Assembly: GCA_051294375.1 (NCBI GenBank)
Contig: CM119268.1
Span: 20,891,869 to 20,955,868, forward strand
Direction: 5' to 3'
Source of the DNA: Paraspadella gotoi
Taxonomy: Eukaryota; Animalia; Chaetognatha
Length of the DNA stretch: 64,000 nt
Part shown: positions 13,771-26,290 of the stretch, in pieces
Layout of the letters: every line of letters starts with the position of its first letter
Position numbering within the stretch: position 1 is the stretch's first letter
The notes under the pieces: model-generated
What the model was told of the DNA's origin: nothing
Databases searched by the model: none
What the model saw: the letters and a program-made list of their open reading frames with translations, nothing else
Made by a program: the position numbers and the translations under genes

Positions 13771-14062
13771 CATCTCTCTCCTCTTTCTTCCCTCCAGATA
13801 TTTCGACTGATAACGCATTACAACCACCAATTGAACCATTTTCGAATTAAAATAGAATCCCATCCAACGGTTCAATATCTCCTCCCATCCACGCACCCCC
13901 GCCCTCCTCCCCCGCCATTCGCCCCCCTCCTTCCATCCACTTCCCTCGCCATTTCAAAATATGAAGACTCCCCATCGTCGCTCCGCCCGTCCGGAAACGC
14001 CTCTTGGACCCAACCCACAATCATGAAGGGAGGGAGAGAGGAAGAGAGAGAGAGAGAGAGAA

Positions 14063-14110
<48 letters not shown>

Positions 14111-14605
14111 CGTACATGCTGAGATGTGATGAGACGAAGTGAATAGAAAAAAGAAAGATATGAATTAAACGTTTTTTGTCAATTTTGTAATGACAAACCA
14201 AAAGTTTTAATTTTTGGCATATGATAAAAGTTGCATGCTCCTGCACCATAATGGTCGCACTTTACTATAAGTTATAGTACAACTTGTCAAATTCATAGAC
14301 TGTTAAAGAGTTTTGCTAATGCTATGTTATCAACTTTGACAAAAGAGCTATGGAGCTTTTAACTAACCAAAGCCTTTAACTAACAAAGTCTGTCTAAAGT
14401 GAGCAGCAAGTTAGCTTTTTATTGAATGAATGAATTTTTAATTTTATATATATAAATTATAAATTATAAATCTGTTTAATCGCATCTTTTTTTTTCTTGC
14501 AGCGATAAAAAAAAGTTGTTTCCAGTGAAGGAGTGAAGTGAATCGAGGATATGAATCACATCCTCGTGAATGAGATCGAGACGGAAATAGAAAATCGCTG
14601 GATGG

Positions 14606-15276
14606 AATCGCGAGTGAGACGGTCACCGACGTAACTCGTCACGGAATTAATTGTGAAAGGTGATGGATGGATTAACCCTGATTATAACGAAATGTCAAAA
14701 TGAATGATAATTGTTGTTGTTTTCTTTAATTAAAATTTCGCGATTACTATTACGCCGAACTATTTATATTTTTTCGGACGGAAAATAAGCCTCGTAAACT
14801 GGCAAGAAAAAAACAACTCTGCCTTTGCAAATTTCTCATTTAAAAAAAAAATAATGTCTTCGACTCAAGTTAAAAAGTCATACGTAAATTTAAATATTTT
14901 CAAAATTTATTATTTAAAAAAATTAACTCAAGATACTTTATCTTTTATTATAAAAGGCATTTACTCTCGGTGAAACGACCGCCTCGCTCCCCAGGTTTTA
15001 ATCTCTGTCGCAAGTCACAACCACGTCACGCCCAAGTGAAACTGGTGAAGTTAACTTCCGACGTGAATAAGATTCAATCTCACTCTTTACAAGGTGACGC
15101 TGTGATTGGTTAAATAGCTGGCGTTCGGGTTGACCCTCATGTATTTATGGTTGTCTTGTGTGATATTATGTTAATTATTACTTTTTTCTTTATTCTTTCT
15201 TTCTTTCTTTCTTTCTTTCTTTTCTTTTTCTTTCTCTTTTCTTTTCTTTCTTTCTTTTTTTCTTTTCTTTCTTTTT

Positions 15277-15328
<52 letters not shown>

Positions 15329-15533
15329 TTCTTCGTTTCTCCATGTTTTTTATTCTGTCTATTTTTTATCGCGGATTGGGGGACAGAAATATGCATGAAG
15401 AGAATCCAGGGCCAAAAAGATAAAGCGACCTCCAAGAAGAGAGATTGAAAAAAAAACAGAAAAAAAGAAAACAAAAGATAGAAAGATGGAAAGAAAGATC
15501 GGCCTTTTAAAAGAAGACAGAGAGAGCAGAGAT

Positions 15534-15567
<34 letters not shown>

Positions 15568-17211
15568 GAGAGAAGAGAGAGATCGAGAGAGAGAGAGAAG
15601 AGAAGTGAGAGAGAGATGGAGAATAGACGCAGAAAAAAAAAGTCGCTGTGGTGGGGCGCGCGTAATTAAGAAAACGATGATCGCCGACAAAGTTTGAACA
15701 AAAGGGCAAAGAAAATGCGTCCCGTCCATCCGAGAGGCCGCGGATAAAAAAAAAGGGCAAGAAAAACAAAAAAGAAAAAATGAGAAAAAAAAAAGGGAAA
15801 TTTGATTTGCAAACGTCAGCCGACCGTTTCAACAGTAAAACGATGGAAAGGGATAATTTTTATTTAATTTTTATTTTTTCAGGTTTGGAAATTTAATGAT
15901 TCGAATTTAATGACGAAACTCGCGCAACAAACTAATCAGAATAAACGATATATACAAATCAAGTTTTAACAATTAAGGGAAAAAAAAATCAGTTTCCTCG
16001 CATGTGTTGAACCGTTCAGCCGATGTATTAATTTATTTCTTTTTTTGAAACAATTACTAACTAAAGTAGAGACAATTCGCTGTTTAATAAAAATTTGTAC
16101 AGAAATTGTATTTTGTTTTGTGTTGTTATTTCTTTTTTCTCTTTTCTATTTGGATCTACTCGACTTTCGGTTTCGCATTTAATTTCTTTTCCTTTTTTTC
16201 TTCTTTCCCTTCATTTCTCCATTTTTCGTGCCTCCATTTCCGCTCGCATTTTTTTAATTACTTTGTTCCTTCAGCGTCGATTGTTATGATTTTTCTCTTC
16301 TTTTTTAATCATTTTAATCATTTTTTTGGCCAAAAAACGCGATTTTTTGGCGGTGTTTTGCATCATAATATTCGTGGTCAGAGTTATAGCTTAATTCTCT
16401 TATTTGCGAAAAATCACATTCTTTCTTGACCTCTTGCTCGTTGGAAACTTCGTCCTCTTTGTCGTTGGAGATTCGTCCTCTTGTCGTTGGAGATGTCCTT
16501 CTCTTGTCGTTGGGATTGTCCCTTTCGTTGACAAACTCTCCGTCTCGTCCGCGAATATTGATTCTCTCCGAAGAGTGAGCAAGAGATCGGAAAAATCCCC
16601 GCCCTCATCAGACACTCTTGTCGTTGGCTATTTCGTCCTCTTTGTCGTTGAGATCTTTTCTCTTTGTCGTTGAGACATCCGCTTTACCTATTTCCTTCAT
16701 CTTTCTTCTTTTCTTTCTTTCTTTCTTTCTTCTCTTCTTTCTTTCTTTCCTTTCTTTTTCTTTCAGATCTAATCTTTATCTTTACTTTCATCGTATCTAA
16801 TCTTCTTTCTATTTCTTCCCTACCCACAACACTTCATCTCTTCTGTCACAAAACCAATTTTAACTTCCCTTCCCTCGCTGTAACGAATGCTGACGTCACG
16901 GGATTTCTGGGAGAGAAGAGGAGAGAAGAGAGAGAGAAGAGAGAAAGTGTAGAGTAGAGAGAGAGAGAGACGAGTAAATGAGACGGAGAGAGGAGGGTAT
17001 TCATGAAACAGGGCGAGAGGAGGATCAGAGAGCGAGCTGAAAAGCAAGGCGAACCGCGAAGTAATGGCGGCGTGACGCCTGGGGTTTCGGCCCCGGTTCC
17101 ACCACAAGGATGACCCTTGGGCGCCAAGGGAGGGCGGGGTTATCCCTTTCGCGGAAGAAGAGAAGAGAGAGTGATTGAAATAGATGGGGTGATTCGTCGG
17201 GTGTTGTTGAA
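14606..17211 (+). repeat. Segment A, copy 1 of 3 (~2.6 kb)
   Basis: Starts aatc(g/t)cgagtgag and ends gtgttgttgaa; homologous to 26380-28916 and 38085-40701, with indel-type differences. Confidence 0.93.
16420..16680. repeat. ~24-bp minisatellite CTCTTTGTCGTTGGAGATTCGTC inside segment A
   Basis: Cleanest copies at 39950-40060; also present at 28177-28420. Confidence 0.85.
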
Positions 17212-17305
17212 TGCGACTGTTTGGAGGTTCTTGTACGTGGAAGGTGATTGTGGTGTTCCATAGGGGCTGCGATGGTACTGGATGTGGATTGACTGATGGA
17301 GATTG

Positions 17306-18660
17306 CCTATGCATTGATATTTCCAACAAAGTGTGAGACAGAATAGTGGTCAGAAGTGAGGACAGGGTAAGTTGAACACAGATTGGGAGTGAGTTTTTTT
17401 AAAAAGGAAATGAAACTTTGTTAGAGAAGAAAGAGAGAGAGAGAGATAGACTTTAACAGGAAAATAAATAATTAAAAAAGATACATTGTGCAAATAAAGG
17501 CGGAACAAAGTAAAAACTTAAGAGTTCTGTAATTAATAGACGTTAGAGCATCCCTGTGGGAAATAACGAAATTAAAAAAATTTAAGATTTTATATACAGT
17601 TTATTAACATAGAAGCATTTATAGTTTATCGTATTACTATTAAATCATGAAAATATGTTTTTTTCAAATCAGCAATTTTTAAAAACGAATGTCGGGTAGA
17701 GATTAAAAAATAATTAAAAGAAATAATACCTACAAGATTTCCAAAATTGTTTTTTGTTTTATTTGCTGTAAATTAGGCAAAACCTATAAAATTAATGGTA
17801 ACGACGGTGGAGATGATGATTTTAAAAAGAAGTTTTTCCTTTAATTTGGCCCAGCCATGGTGATCGATTGAAATATTTGAACGTTATAGCTGTTGGTGTA
17901 GAAAAACTTTTTATGGGCTATCTGAATCTGTTCTTAAAAAAATAAAATTTTTTATAAAAGTTTTTTTCATTGTCTAATGCATTGATAAATATTTAAATGC
18001 TTCAATGCAAGAACAAAGTAAAACTAAGAAGTCTGTAATATAAATACACGTTAGAGCATCCTTTGGGATAACGAAATTAAAAAAAAATTTAAGATTTTAT
18101 ATACAGTTAATAACAAGAAGCATTTAAAAGTTTATCGTATTACTATAAATCATGAAAATATTTTTTTCAAAATCAGAATTTTTAAAAACGAATTCGGTAG
18201 AGATTAAAAAATTAAATAAAAATATTACTACAGATTTCCAAATTGTTTTGTTTTAATTGCTTAAAATTAGCAAAAAACTATAAAAATTATGGTACGACGA
18301 TGATGATGATGATTTTAAAGAGTTTTTCCTTTGTTTGGCACTTTCATTGAAATATTGAAAAACGCGTTATACTTTGTGTAGAAAAACTTTTATGGGCTAT
18401 CTGAATCTTGTTCTTAAAAAATATTTTTTTTATAAAAAGTTTTCATTGCCTATGCATTGGATAATTCCACAAAGTGGTGAGACAGAATAGTTGGTCAGAG
18501 GTTGAAGGACAGGGTAAGTTGAACACGGATTGAGTGAGTTTTTTAAAAAGGAAATTGAAATTTGTAAGAGAGAAAGAGAGAGAGAGAGGATAGACTTAAC
18601 AGGGATAAATAAATAATTAAAAGATACATTGTGCAATAAGGGCGGAACAAAGTAAAAACT
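17306..18660. repeat. U-V-V-U array: ~210-bp U units flanking two ~450-bp AT-rich V units with internal inverted repeats
   Basis: U (gcctatgcattg...ggcggaacaaagtaaaaact) at 17306 and 18448; V at ~17520 and ~18012, with imperfect arms tttttaaaaacgaattcggtag / ctatctgaatc(t)tgttcttaaaaa around a (gat)n core. Confidence 0.8.
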
Positions 18661-19626
18661 CTCTCTCTCGTGTTGGATAATATATTTTAACTTTTTTTGC
18701 ACGAGTTTCGAACATTTCCCCGTTGAAAACGATCAAGATTTGTAAAGAGGAAACTAAAATTTGAAAATTCGAAAAAAATGGCTATCCAAAAAATATATTT
18801 TGAAACGAGTGCGAATCCGATGACGGATCGGTAAGTAATAATAGTATATTTAAAATTGAAAATATGTTTTAAAAATTATTTGTTTATTACTTTAAAGATT
18901 ATCCAGTACGATGAACGGGGAAGATGTTCGAACTCAATCATCCGACACGAGACGGAGATCATACTCATTAGTTGTAGCCGTAATGATTATTGTTTCTCTC
19001 ATTGTTATTATTGACGTGTGCATGAGAAATAAACTTCGTAGGTTAGTTTCTAGGTTATTCTCTGATGCCCGTGACAATGTCGTTAGTTAGTTTCGTTCCA
19101 TTTGTTAGATGTAGAAACTATGTTTGAACAATAAAAATATTTGCCATGAATAGTTCTATTGATGTTAGTTAACTGTGGAATAAGATGCCGGGGGAACCCG
19201 CATATTCAGAAAGTTTTTTTATGGGGACGCGTCCCTCAGAGTGACAGAAGGTAAACATTGCTCTGGGTATGAGCTGTCAACGAGTTTGACGAGTTTTGAA
19301 AGAATATGCGGGCGCCGCGAGTTTTAACCCGCAAAAAAGTTAGGAACATCGATGGTTCCAGTTGTATGTTCAGCCGGATGGAACAGACGTCGGTAATATT
19401 ATCTGTCTCTTCTTCTCTCTCTCTCCAACGTTCGAATCTGAAATCTCGAAACTCTCCTCTCTCTCTCTCCTCTCTCTTCCGAAACATTCGACATCTCGAA
19501 ATCTCGAAACTCACTCTCTCTCTCTCTTTCTCTCTCTCCGTAACCTGATGGTCTGTGCGCGCGGGATGGAATCGCCGGCAATCATTTATCTCGCGCGCGC
19601 GTTTGAACAGGTCGATTCGTGATTCA

Positions 19627-19769
19627 TGTGACCGGACAGGACTGTCGGTTGCCAAATGCACCTACTGGTACCTGGTGGTCATGAGCTGATGGCTTTACTC
19701 ATGAGCACCGGGTCAGGCTGAAGGTGTCGTGCTATAGGGCGGGGTGAACCAAGGCAATGCCCGACTACA
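19627..19769 (-). mobile_element. Truncated copy of the tRNA-head element (homologous to 62118-62218), bounded by TG...CA
   Basis: Reverse complement tgtagtcgggcattgc...ctatagcacgacaccttcagcctgacccggtgctcatgagtaaagccatcagctcatgaccaccaggtacc matches 62118-62218; lacks the B box and SINE body. Confidence 0.8.
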
Positions 19770-20559
19770 GATAATTAAATTTAAATTTTTTTTTTAATCC
19801 CAAATAAATGATTTAAAATTGGAAAAAAATGTGGCTGCATTAATTTAGTTGATGATCAACTTGAATATTTGCAGATGTACTTTTCTTCTGATCCTTAATT
19901 TTGATGATTTTTATCGATTTGGCCCGCTTGTAAAACATTTTAATAAAAACTCTTGATAGGAGATAAACGAAACAAAATCGTTTTTTAACAACAATTTTAT
20001 TTTTTATTTTTTGCAAATAAAAATTGGACATGTTCTCGGACTCTTACGGGATTTCGAGTCTTCATCGCATTTGCAAATAACAACAATAACAAACAACAGC
20101 CATTGTAGAATAACAACAAAGAGAGAAAAGTCTTTAAATAACATAGTTTGAGCAAACAATGTCGATCTGCCTACGATAATTTATTAATTAATTAATAATC
20201 GATTAATTTAATTAATTAATTTTAAATATATAATAATTAATTTTAAATTTATATTCAACTTATCATCATCGATATCCTTAAAATTGTTTGTTTACATTTT
20301 AATCAAAACAAACAAATATCCTCTATTTTTATTTAGGTCCCTTCTCTCTCTCTCTCTCTCACTCTCTCTCTCTTCCTCTCTCTCTCTTTTTATTGCAATT
20401 TTAATTATTTAATTTTAATTAATTAATTAATTAACTAATTAAAACATTTATTAAGTAATCATTAATATTTAAAGATTCAAGTATAATGTGACTTATGTTT
20501 TTTTTCCATCTAAACTCATTTCCACTGGCACAATTCCGTCAAAACTTATATAATTTATT

Positions 20560-21258
20560 ATATATTAATAAATATTTAAAAGCTTCAGTGCAACACCATG
20601 AACTAATTCAAAAAAGTTACATTAAAATCGATTTAATAGTACCAGGGAAAAAAAATTAAAAGAGAACAAGAAGTATAAAAAGTGTTCAATTTTTGGCCGC
20701 CTACTAGATATTAGGCCGGAACAGGTTGAAAACTAGAAGTTCTTTTCAAATAAATAATGGTTAAGCGACTATTAAAAAATATGAAAATGAAATAATTTTT
20801 AAATTTTGGCTTATCAATTTTTTTATAGATTCTTGATAGAGCTTTAAAAGTTAGATAAGGTTATTAATACAATTTTAAAATTTTTTTTTGTTTTATTCAA
20901 TGAAAAAATTTAAAAAAAATAAATTTAGCCAATAATGATGATGATGATTCTTTTTAAGGTTTTTCTATTTTTAACCATTATTGTCAAAATTTTGAAAAAA
21001 TTATAAGTACTAACATTCATTTTAACTTTTAAGCTCTACAAGAACCCGTTCTTAAAAAAAATCAAATTTTTAAAAATTTTTTTTGTCATTTTTATATATT
21101 AGTTAAATATTTTATGAAGCTTCAATCAACAACCCAATGAACTAATTCAAAAAGTTACATTGAAAAATCGATTTAGTAGTAGAGGAAAAAAGAAATTTTT
21201 TCGAGAGAACGAGAAGTTATAATAAGTATTAAATTTGGCCCGCCTTACTAGATATATT
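20560..21258. repeat. Diverged V-family foldback module between ~155-bp direct repeats (MITE-like)
   Basis: Direct repeats 20560-20713 and 21095-21258; inverted arms ttcttgatagagctttaaaagtta (~20831) and taacttttaagctctacaagaa (~21023); central gatgatgatgatt as in the V units. Confidence 0.7.
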
Positions 21259-21411
21259 GCATGTGATTAAACAATGTTATCGAATAATAATTTATCAATT
21301 TATGTATTTTGTAAGTATTTTTAAGTTTTTTATTCAGTGAGTAAAATAACAACTTTTTTATTCGTAATTTTTATCTCTTTCTTTCTCTCTCCTTTCTCCT
21401 CTCTCTCTCTC

Positions 21412-21692
21412 TCCTTTGCATTGCAATGATCCTATGCTCATTTTTCTAATCTCTCTCTCCCTCTTTCTCTCTTTGCCAATTGCGACGATCCTTACTGCTC
21501 ATTTTTCTGCACTCTTTCTCTCTCTCTCTCTCTCTCTTTGCAATTGCGACATCCTATGCTCATTTTTCTGCTCTTTTCTTCCTCTCATCTCTCTCTCTCT
21601 CTTTGCAATTGCGACTATCCTTTATGCTCATTTTTCTGCTCTCTCTCTCTCTCTCTCTCTTTTCTTTTAGCAATTGCGACGATCCTTATGCT
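21412..21692. repeat. ~60-bp minisatellite x5 (TTTGCAATTGCGACGATCCTTATGCTCATTTTTCTG + (CT)n)
   Basis: Units at ~21414, 21472, 21537, 21602, 21666. Confidence 0.85.
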
Positions 21693-21842
21693 TTTAGGAT
21701 TTTTTTAACTTGCATCATTTTTCTGCTTGCATCATTTTTTCAACTTGCACATTTTTTTGAAATTGCAATCATTTTTCACATTAATTAAATAAATAATTAT
21801 TATAACATTATTAGTAATCATAAATTAGTAATCTTAAATAAT

Positions 21843-23572
21843 AAAGATTCAGTAATTGTGACTTATTTTTTTCCATTTAAACCATTTCCACTGGCACAAT
21901 TCTGTCAAACTTATATCTAGCTTCTTCCACCACTTTCCTACACGCTACAACAAATTTCATCTCAATCTATTATGGTTTAAAATAAGTAAAAAGATTCAAG
22001 TAAATGTGACTCATATTTTTTCATATAAACTCATTTCCACTAGTACGTTTCCCACCGAAACTTTATATCAAGCATCGTTACACATTTTTCTACCGACACA
22101 AAAAAATTTAACTCATCTATCCATCAATTATGATTAATTAGAGTACTTATTAGTTAAAATAGTAAAATATTTTAGTAAATGCGACTTATGTTTTTTTCCA
22201 CTTAAACTCATTTCCACTCACAACGATTCTGTCGAAACTTATATCCAGCTTTATCACACACTTTCCTACCCACACACAAAATTTCATTCCAATCCGACCA
22301 GCCGATCACGAGTTATTGGAGCTTTTTGCTAAAAGGTGGGACGGATGGACGGATTATGGTTGACTGATTAAATATTATTGATTAATTAATTGACTAATTA
22401 TTAATAACTGATTATTATTTGATTATTATAATCCTGCAATAAACGTTTTAATATAAAAAGGAAAAGAATCATAATGAATTAGTGAAACAGGTTTTTTGTT
22501 TTTTTCCATTTAAACTCATTTCCACTCAAAAAGATTCCATCGAAACTTGGTTTCCTGTTCAATTCATACGACTTTTTACTCACATACAAAATTCCAGGTC
22601 AATCGATAATTAAGTGGTCATAAGCTAACTTGGTCAACTTGATAAATTTGGTTAACTGACATAATTTGGTCTACTGACATAATTTGGTCAACTGACATAA
22701 TTTGATCAATTAAGATAATTTGATCAACCGGCATAATTTGGTCCAACTGGCATAATTTGGTCACAGGTATAATTTGGTCAACCTTGCAGAACTTGATCAA
22801 AGCTTTAAGAATTTGGTCAACTGGCATAATTTGGTCCAATCAATCAATCAATCAATCAGAGGAGAGATAGAGAGAGAGAAACTTTAAAAAATTCAAATAA
22901 ATGTGTCTTTATTTTTCTATTAGAACTTCTTTTCCACTCCTACGATTCCATCAAAAAAATTCTATATCAGCTATATCACATACTTTCCTACCCACACACA
23001 AATAATTAATTCGATTTATCTATCCAATTTTCAATAAACATATAATTAATGAGTAAATTTAAGTAAAACATACTTCAAGTAAAATGACTTTTGGTTTTTT
23101 TCCATTTTAAACTCATTTCCACTCGACGATTCCATCGAGACTTTATATCCAGCTCAATCACACACTTTCCTACCATCATACAAAATTTCAAGTCAATTGG
23201 CCCTATCCACTCATGAGCCAATTGGTGTTCAATTTCCATTTAAGACCAATTTCCAACTCGCACGATTCCTCGAAAACTCATATCCACCTCAATCACACAG
23301 TTTCCTACCACCACACACCAAAATGTCCATACCAATCCATCCATTGCCAATCACGAGTAAATTGGAGTTTTTTTGGCTAAAGGTCGAACGGACGACGGAC
23401 GACGGACGACGGGCAGACGGACGACATCGTTTTTTTTGCATAATTAATCATAATTCGATGTTCTGACATGATATAAGTTGAGTGCCCGACGAAGTATTGA
23501 GGGGGCGGACCGACGGACCGACAAGTGAGTTATAGAGTCGGGATCTGTTGATAAGCAGATCCGACTAAAAAA
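21843..23572 (+). mobile_element. DINE-1/HINE-like non-autonomous (Helentron-associated) element: core subrepeats, (GACG)n, terminal hairpin
   Basis: About 7 copies of a ~150-bp core (gattcaagtaaatgtgactt...aaactcatttccact...aaacttatatccagct...cacactttcctacccacac-aaaatttca), GGAC/GACG microsatellites at 22340, 23388 and 23507, then gtgagttatag-AGTCGGGATCTG-ttgataag-CAGATCCGACT-aaaaaa (23536-23566). The family call rests on architecture only. Confidence 0.6.
22627..22838. repeat. 18-bp minisatellite (ATAATTTGGTCAACTGRC), ~12 copies
   Basis: Direct inspection; produces the VDQIMS-repeat ORF on the minus strand. Confidence 0.9.
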
Positions 23573-24990
23573 CGCGATAGATTTGACGAAGAAATTTAAT
23601 CTTAAAAGTTGACCTTACCATAAAAAAATCCTTTAGTTTCATCTTAATAAGGGCAGATACCATAAATATAATGATTACCGTAAATAAAATATGTCCTTAC
23701 CGTATTTTGAAAGCATAGAAATTCTCCCAGTGAGTTCTACTGTTATAAGAGAAGATAACTATAGCCAACCGTTTTTTTAAATAAAGCGTGTGTGATATTA
23801 ATCAGTGGGAAAAAAGAAATATAGTTATATAAGTTTCAATTTCATTGTTGAAAATACCCCGAATAGAAATCACTGCGTGAATAAGCAAGGACAAATGTGA
23901 ATAAGCAAGGACAATCGCTTAAATCTAAAGAAATTTAATTATTAATTTCACAAATAATTTCAAATATTCAACAAAAATATTACCCCTGGTTGCAATCATA
24001 TAATCAAGAATACCGTGTTTCAATAAGTTTAAATCTCTTAAATATTACTTTTGACCAATAAGAAACTAGATTGAGGGATTGAGGATTTTGACTTCTAATA
24101 TAGGTCGTTTTTTCGATTCGAAGGGAACAGCAGTTAAACTCAGATAAAAAGATCAATTAAATATCTCTTACAGGATGATTGAGCTCTAAATAAACGCCAA
24201 ATGAACTATGGTTCAAGCGATGTTAACTGAAATATATTGGCTCCAATAAAAATAATATACATTTTTTTCTCACACAACAATGTAATCACCAATATTATGA
24301 TAAGGATAAATAAACTAACAAAAAAGTACATCCCCAAACCAAAGCTGATAATGACTAAAGGACTATATTTAGCTACTGGAAAACCGTAAAACCAGGAACT
24401 AATATTAAAATCCAAAAGACACATTGAGATTTAAAACTGCAAAAATATAAAGTGATATTGAAAAATTCTATCTCATTTAAGATCATATTAAATAATCAAC
24501 TCTTATATATTTTATAATTTTTTATTTTTTCACTTTAGCCTATTTTATTAGTATTTATTAATAATATAGCTAACAAATAGTTAATCAAATATAAAATTTG
24601 TAAATAGACTTACCGGAAATATTTATATGGTCTTTATTTTCATATTATGTAAATTAATATGGCTTTTATAAAATTTGAATAATTGAGTTTTTATACTCTA
24701 CAATGTTTTACTCCATTTTTAATAACACCTTGAGGCGACTTACCACCGGTCTCTCTCTCTACACCCTTCCTCTTCTCCTCTTTCTTCGCTAGACTCACTT
24801 CTTTTCTACTTCTCCGTTTAAGCAAGTTTATAGAAATTTTGCTAGCTTCTATTGCTATAGAACAATTCCGCGGAAAAATTTTCTTTCTGATTTTCCCTTG
24901 ATTTAAAAGATTGAAAATTTTTTGACTTTTCTGTTTCGCGCAATTTGACATATTTACCAGTAAATATTTTTACAGCCAGCATTCCTGCAT

Positions 24991-26290
24991 ATGCATCATG
25001 GAACACATTCTTTGGATCTCGAAGCTCCCAAGGACGTGGAACGCGCATGTGCCTCTACCTCGCCATCAGCCGAGAATCTCAAACGGCCCCCCACAGAGGA
25101 TGTCGTCCACGCCACCCACCATTACGTCAAAGACGCCACACCGACCTCATCATCCTCCACTATTCGCGGACCAACATGACGCCTTCAGAGACGCCGCGTG
25201 GCGAATCAAAACCAGGGTAAAGAGCGATTTACACGCCCCCCCGATCCAATGTCGGCTCCTCTATGACCGTTACAGGATCATCAAATGTTTTTCACCCACT
25301 TCGACAACAGGACCTGATTTGAGGCAAAGAACGAGATAGTTTCAATGCGAGCGTAAAGACATCAATAGAATACCCTCACATCACAGGTCAGGGCCTGCTA
25401 GCAGCTCAGTAGGCCCACCGGCGATGCCGCACAGGTCACAGGCGACCTACAACCAAGATTGTGCCAGTTCGCAGGGCAGCCAACACCCGGACGACGCCGA
25501 ATGCGGGTTCAGGAGGCCTCCTCCCACCGCACCTCATGGATTATCAGACGTCAGGCACCAACCGTTCCAAGACGCTAAGTTGCCGCCTTTTTGCATGTGG
25601 CAACTCCGAGCCTGCTGCATGCAGTCGAGGGGAGTTTCCGCTCGCTGCATTTGTGGATGAGCAAGCACAAAAAGATGCACCTTCTTGTCGCGGTCTCACA
25701 GGAGCATCAGGTGTTGGTAGGGGTTTTACACCAATGGACCACCTGTCTCAGGCGGGTATCAGGCCCTGAAAAAGCACCTGTCTGAGCTGTTCGCCGAGAA
25801 GCCCGGTAGAAGGCACAGAAGCTCCTAGGTCTTCACTCCTTGCAGGACGCATCATTCACAGTTTGTGGCCGCACTGCGCGCTGAGGTCGAATCCCTGACG
25901 ATCGACCATCTCCTCAAACGCGATCCTGTCTGAAGCTCCTCCAACCCGTGGCCGAAGGGTAGTCAGCGATGGGGGACGAGAACGCGGAAGCCTATCGCCA
26001 AGAAGGCGGACGGCATTCTACCTCTGCCAAGGTGATTTCAGATCACTCAAAACCCATTGGAAAAGTCGTCAGTAATGTCGACACCTCCAATTGATGGGGC
26101 ATCTTCGAGGACGACCAATTTGACTCGGAGCGCGATGAGTATGCGCCCGACTTGGCGGATTGATGCATCCACCGCAGAGATGTTGCCTCCCGCACATACG
26201 CCAGCGTGTGTGCCGCGACTTCCGGACGTGGCCAACTAACGCCCCCAGGACACAGGTCCGGCTGGCTTACCCGAAGCTAAGGGTGAACAT
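24991..26290 (+). pseudogene. Frameshifted gag/ORF1-like coding region of a probable retroelement
   Basis: Abrupt GC-rich, microsatellite-free block with overlapping + strand ORFs that stitch across frameshifts (MEHILWISKLP/KDVERACAS.../LFADQHDAFRDAAWRIKTRVKSDL.../QKLLGLHSLQDASF/QFVAALRAEVESLTIDHLLKRD.../RTYASVCAA); Cys/His knuckle-like motifs at 25460-25504, ~25581-25622 and ~25676-25716. Confidence 0.5.

Noticed and set aside
22618-22839. VDQIMS hexapeptide-repeat protein
   Set aside because: By-product of an 18-bp minisatellite inside a non-autonomous element.
23575-24700. NUMT (aactcagat and aaactag words, ND6-like hydrophobic ORF)
   Set aside because: Matches to mitochondrial rRNA primer sites are under 10 nt, and no conserved mitochondrial protein motif appeared in my manual translation.
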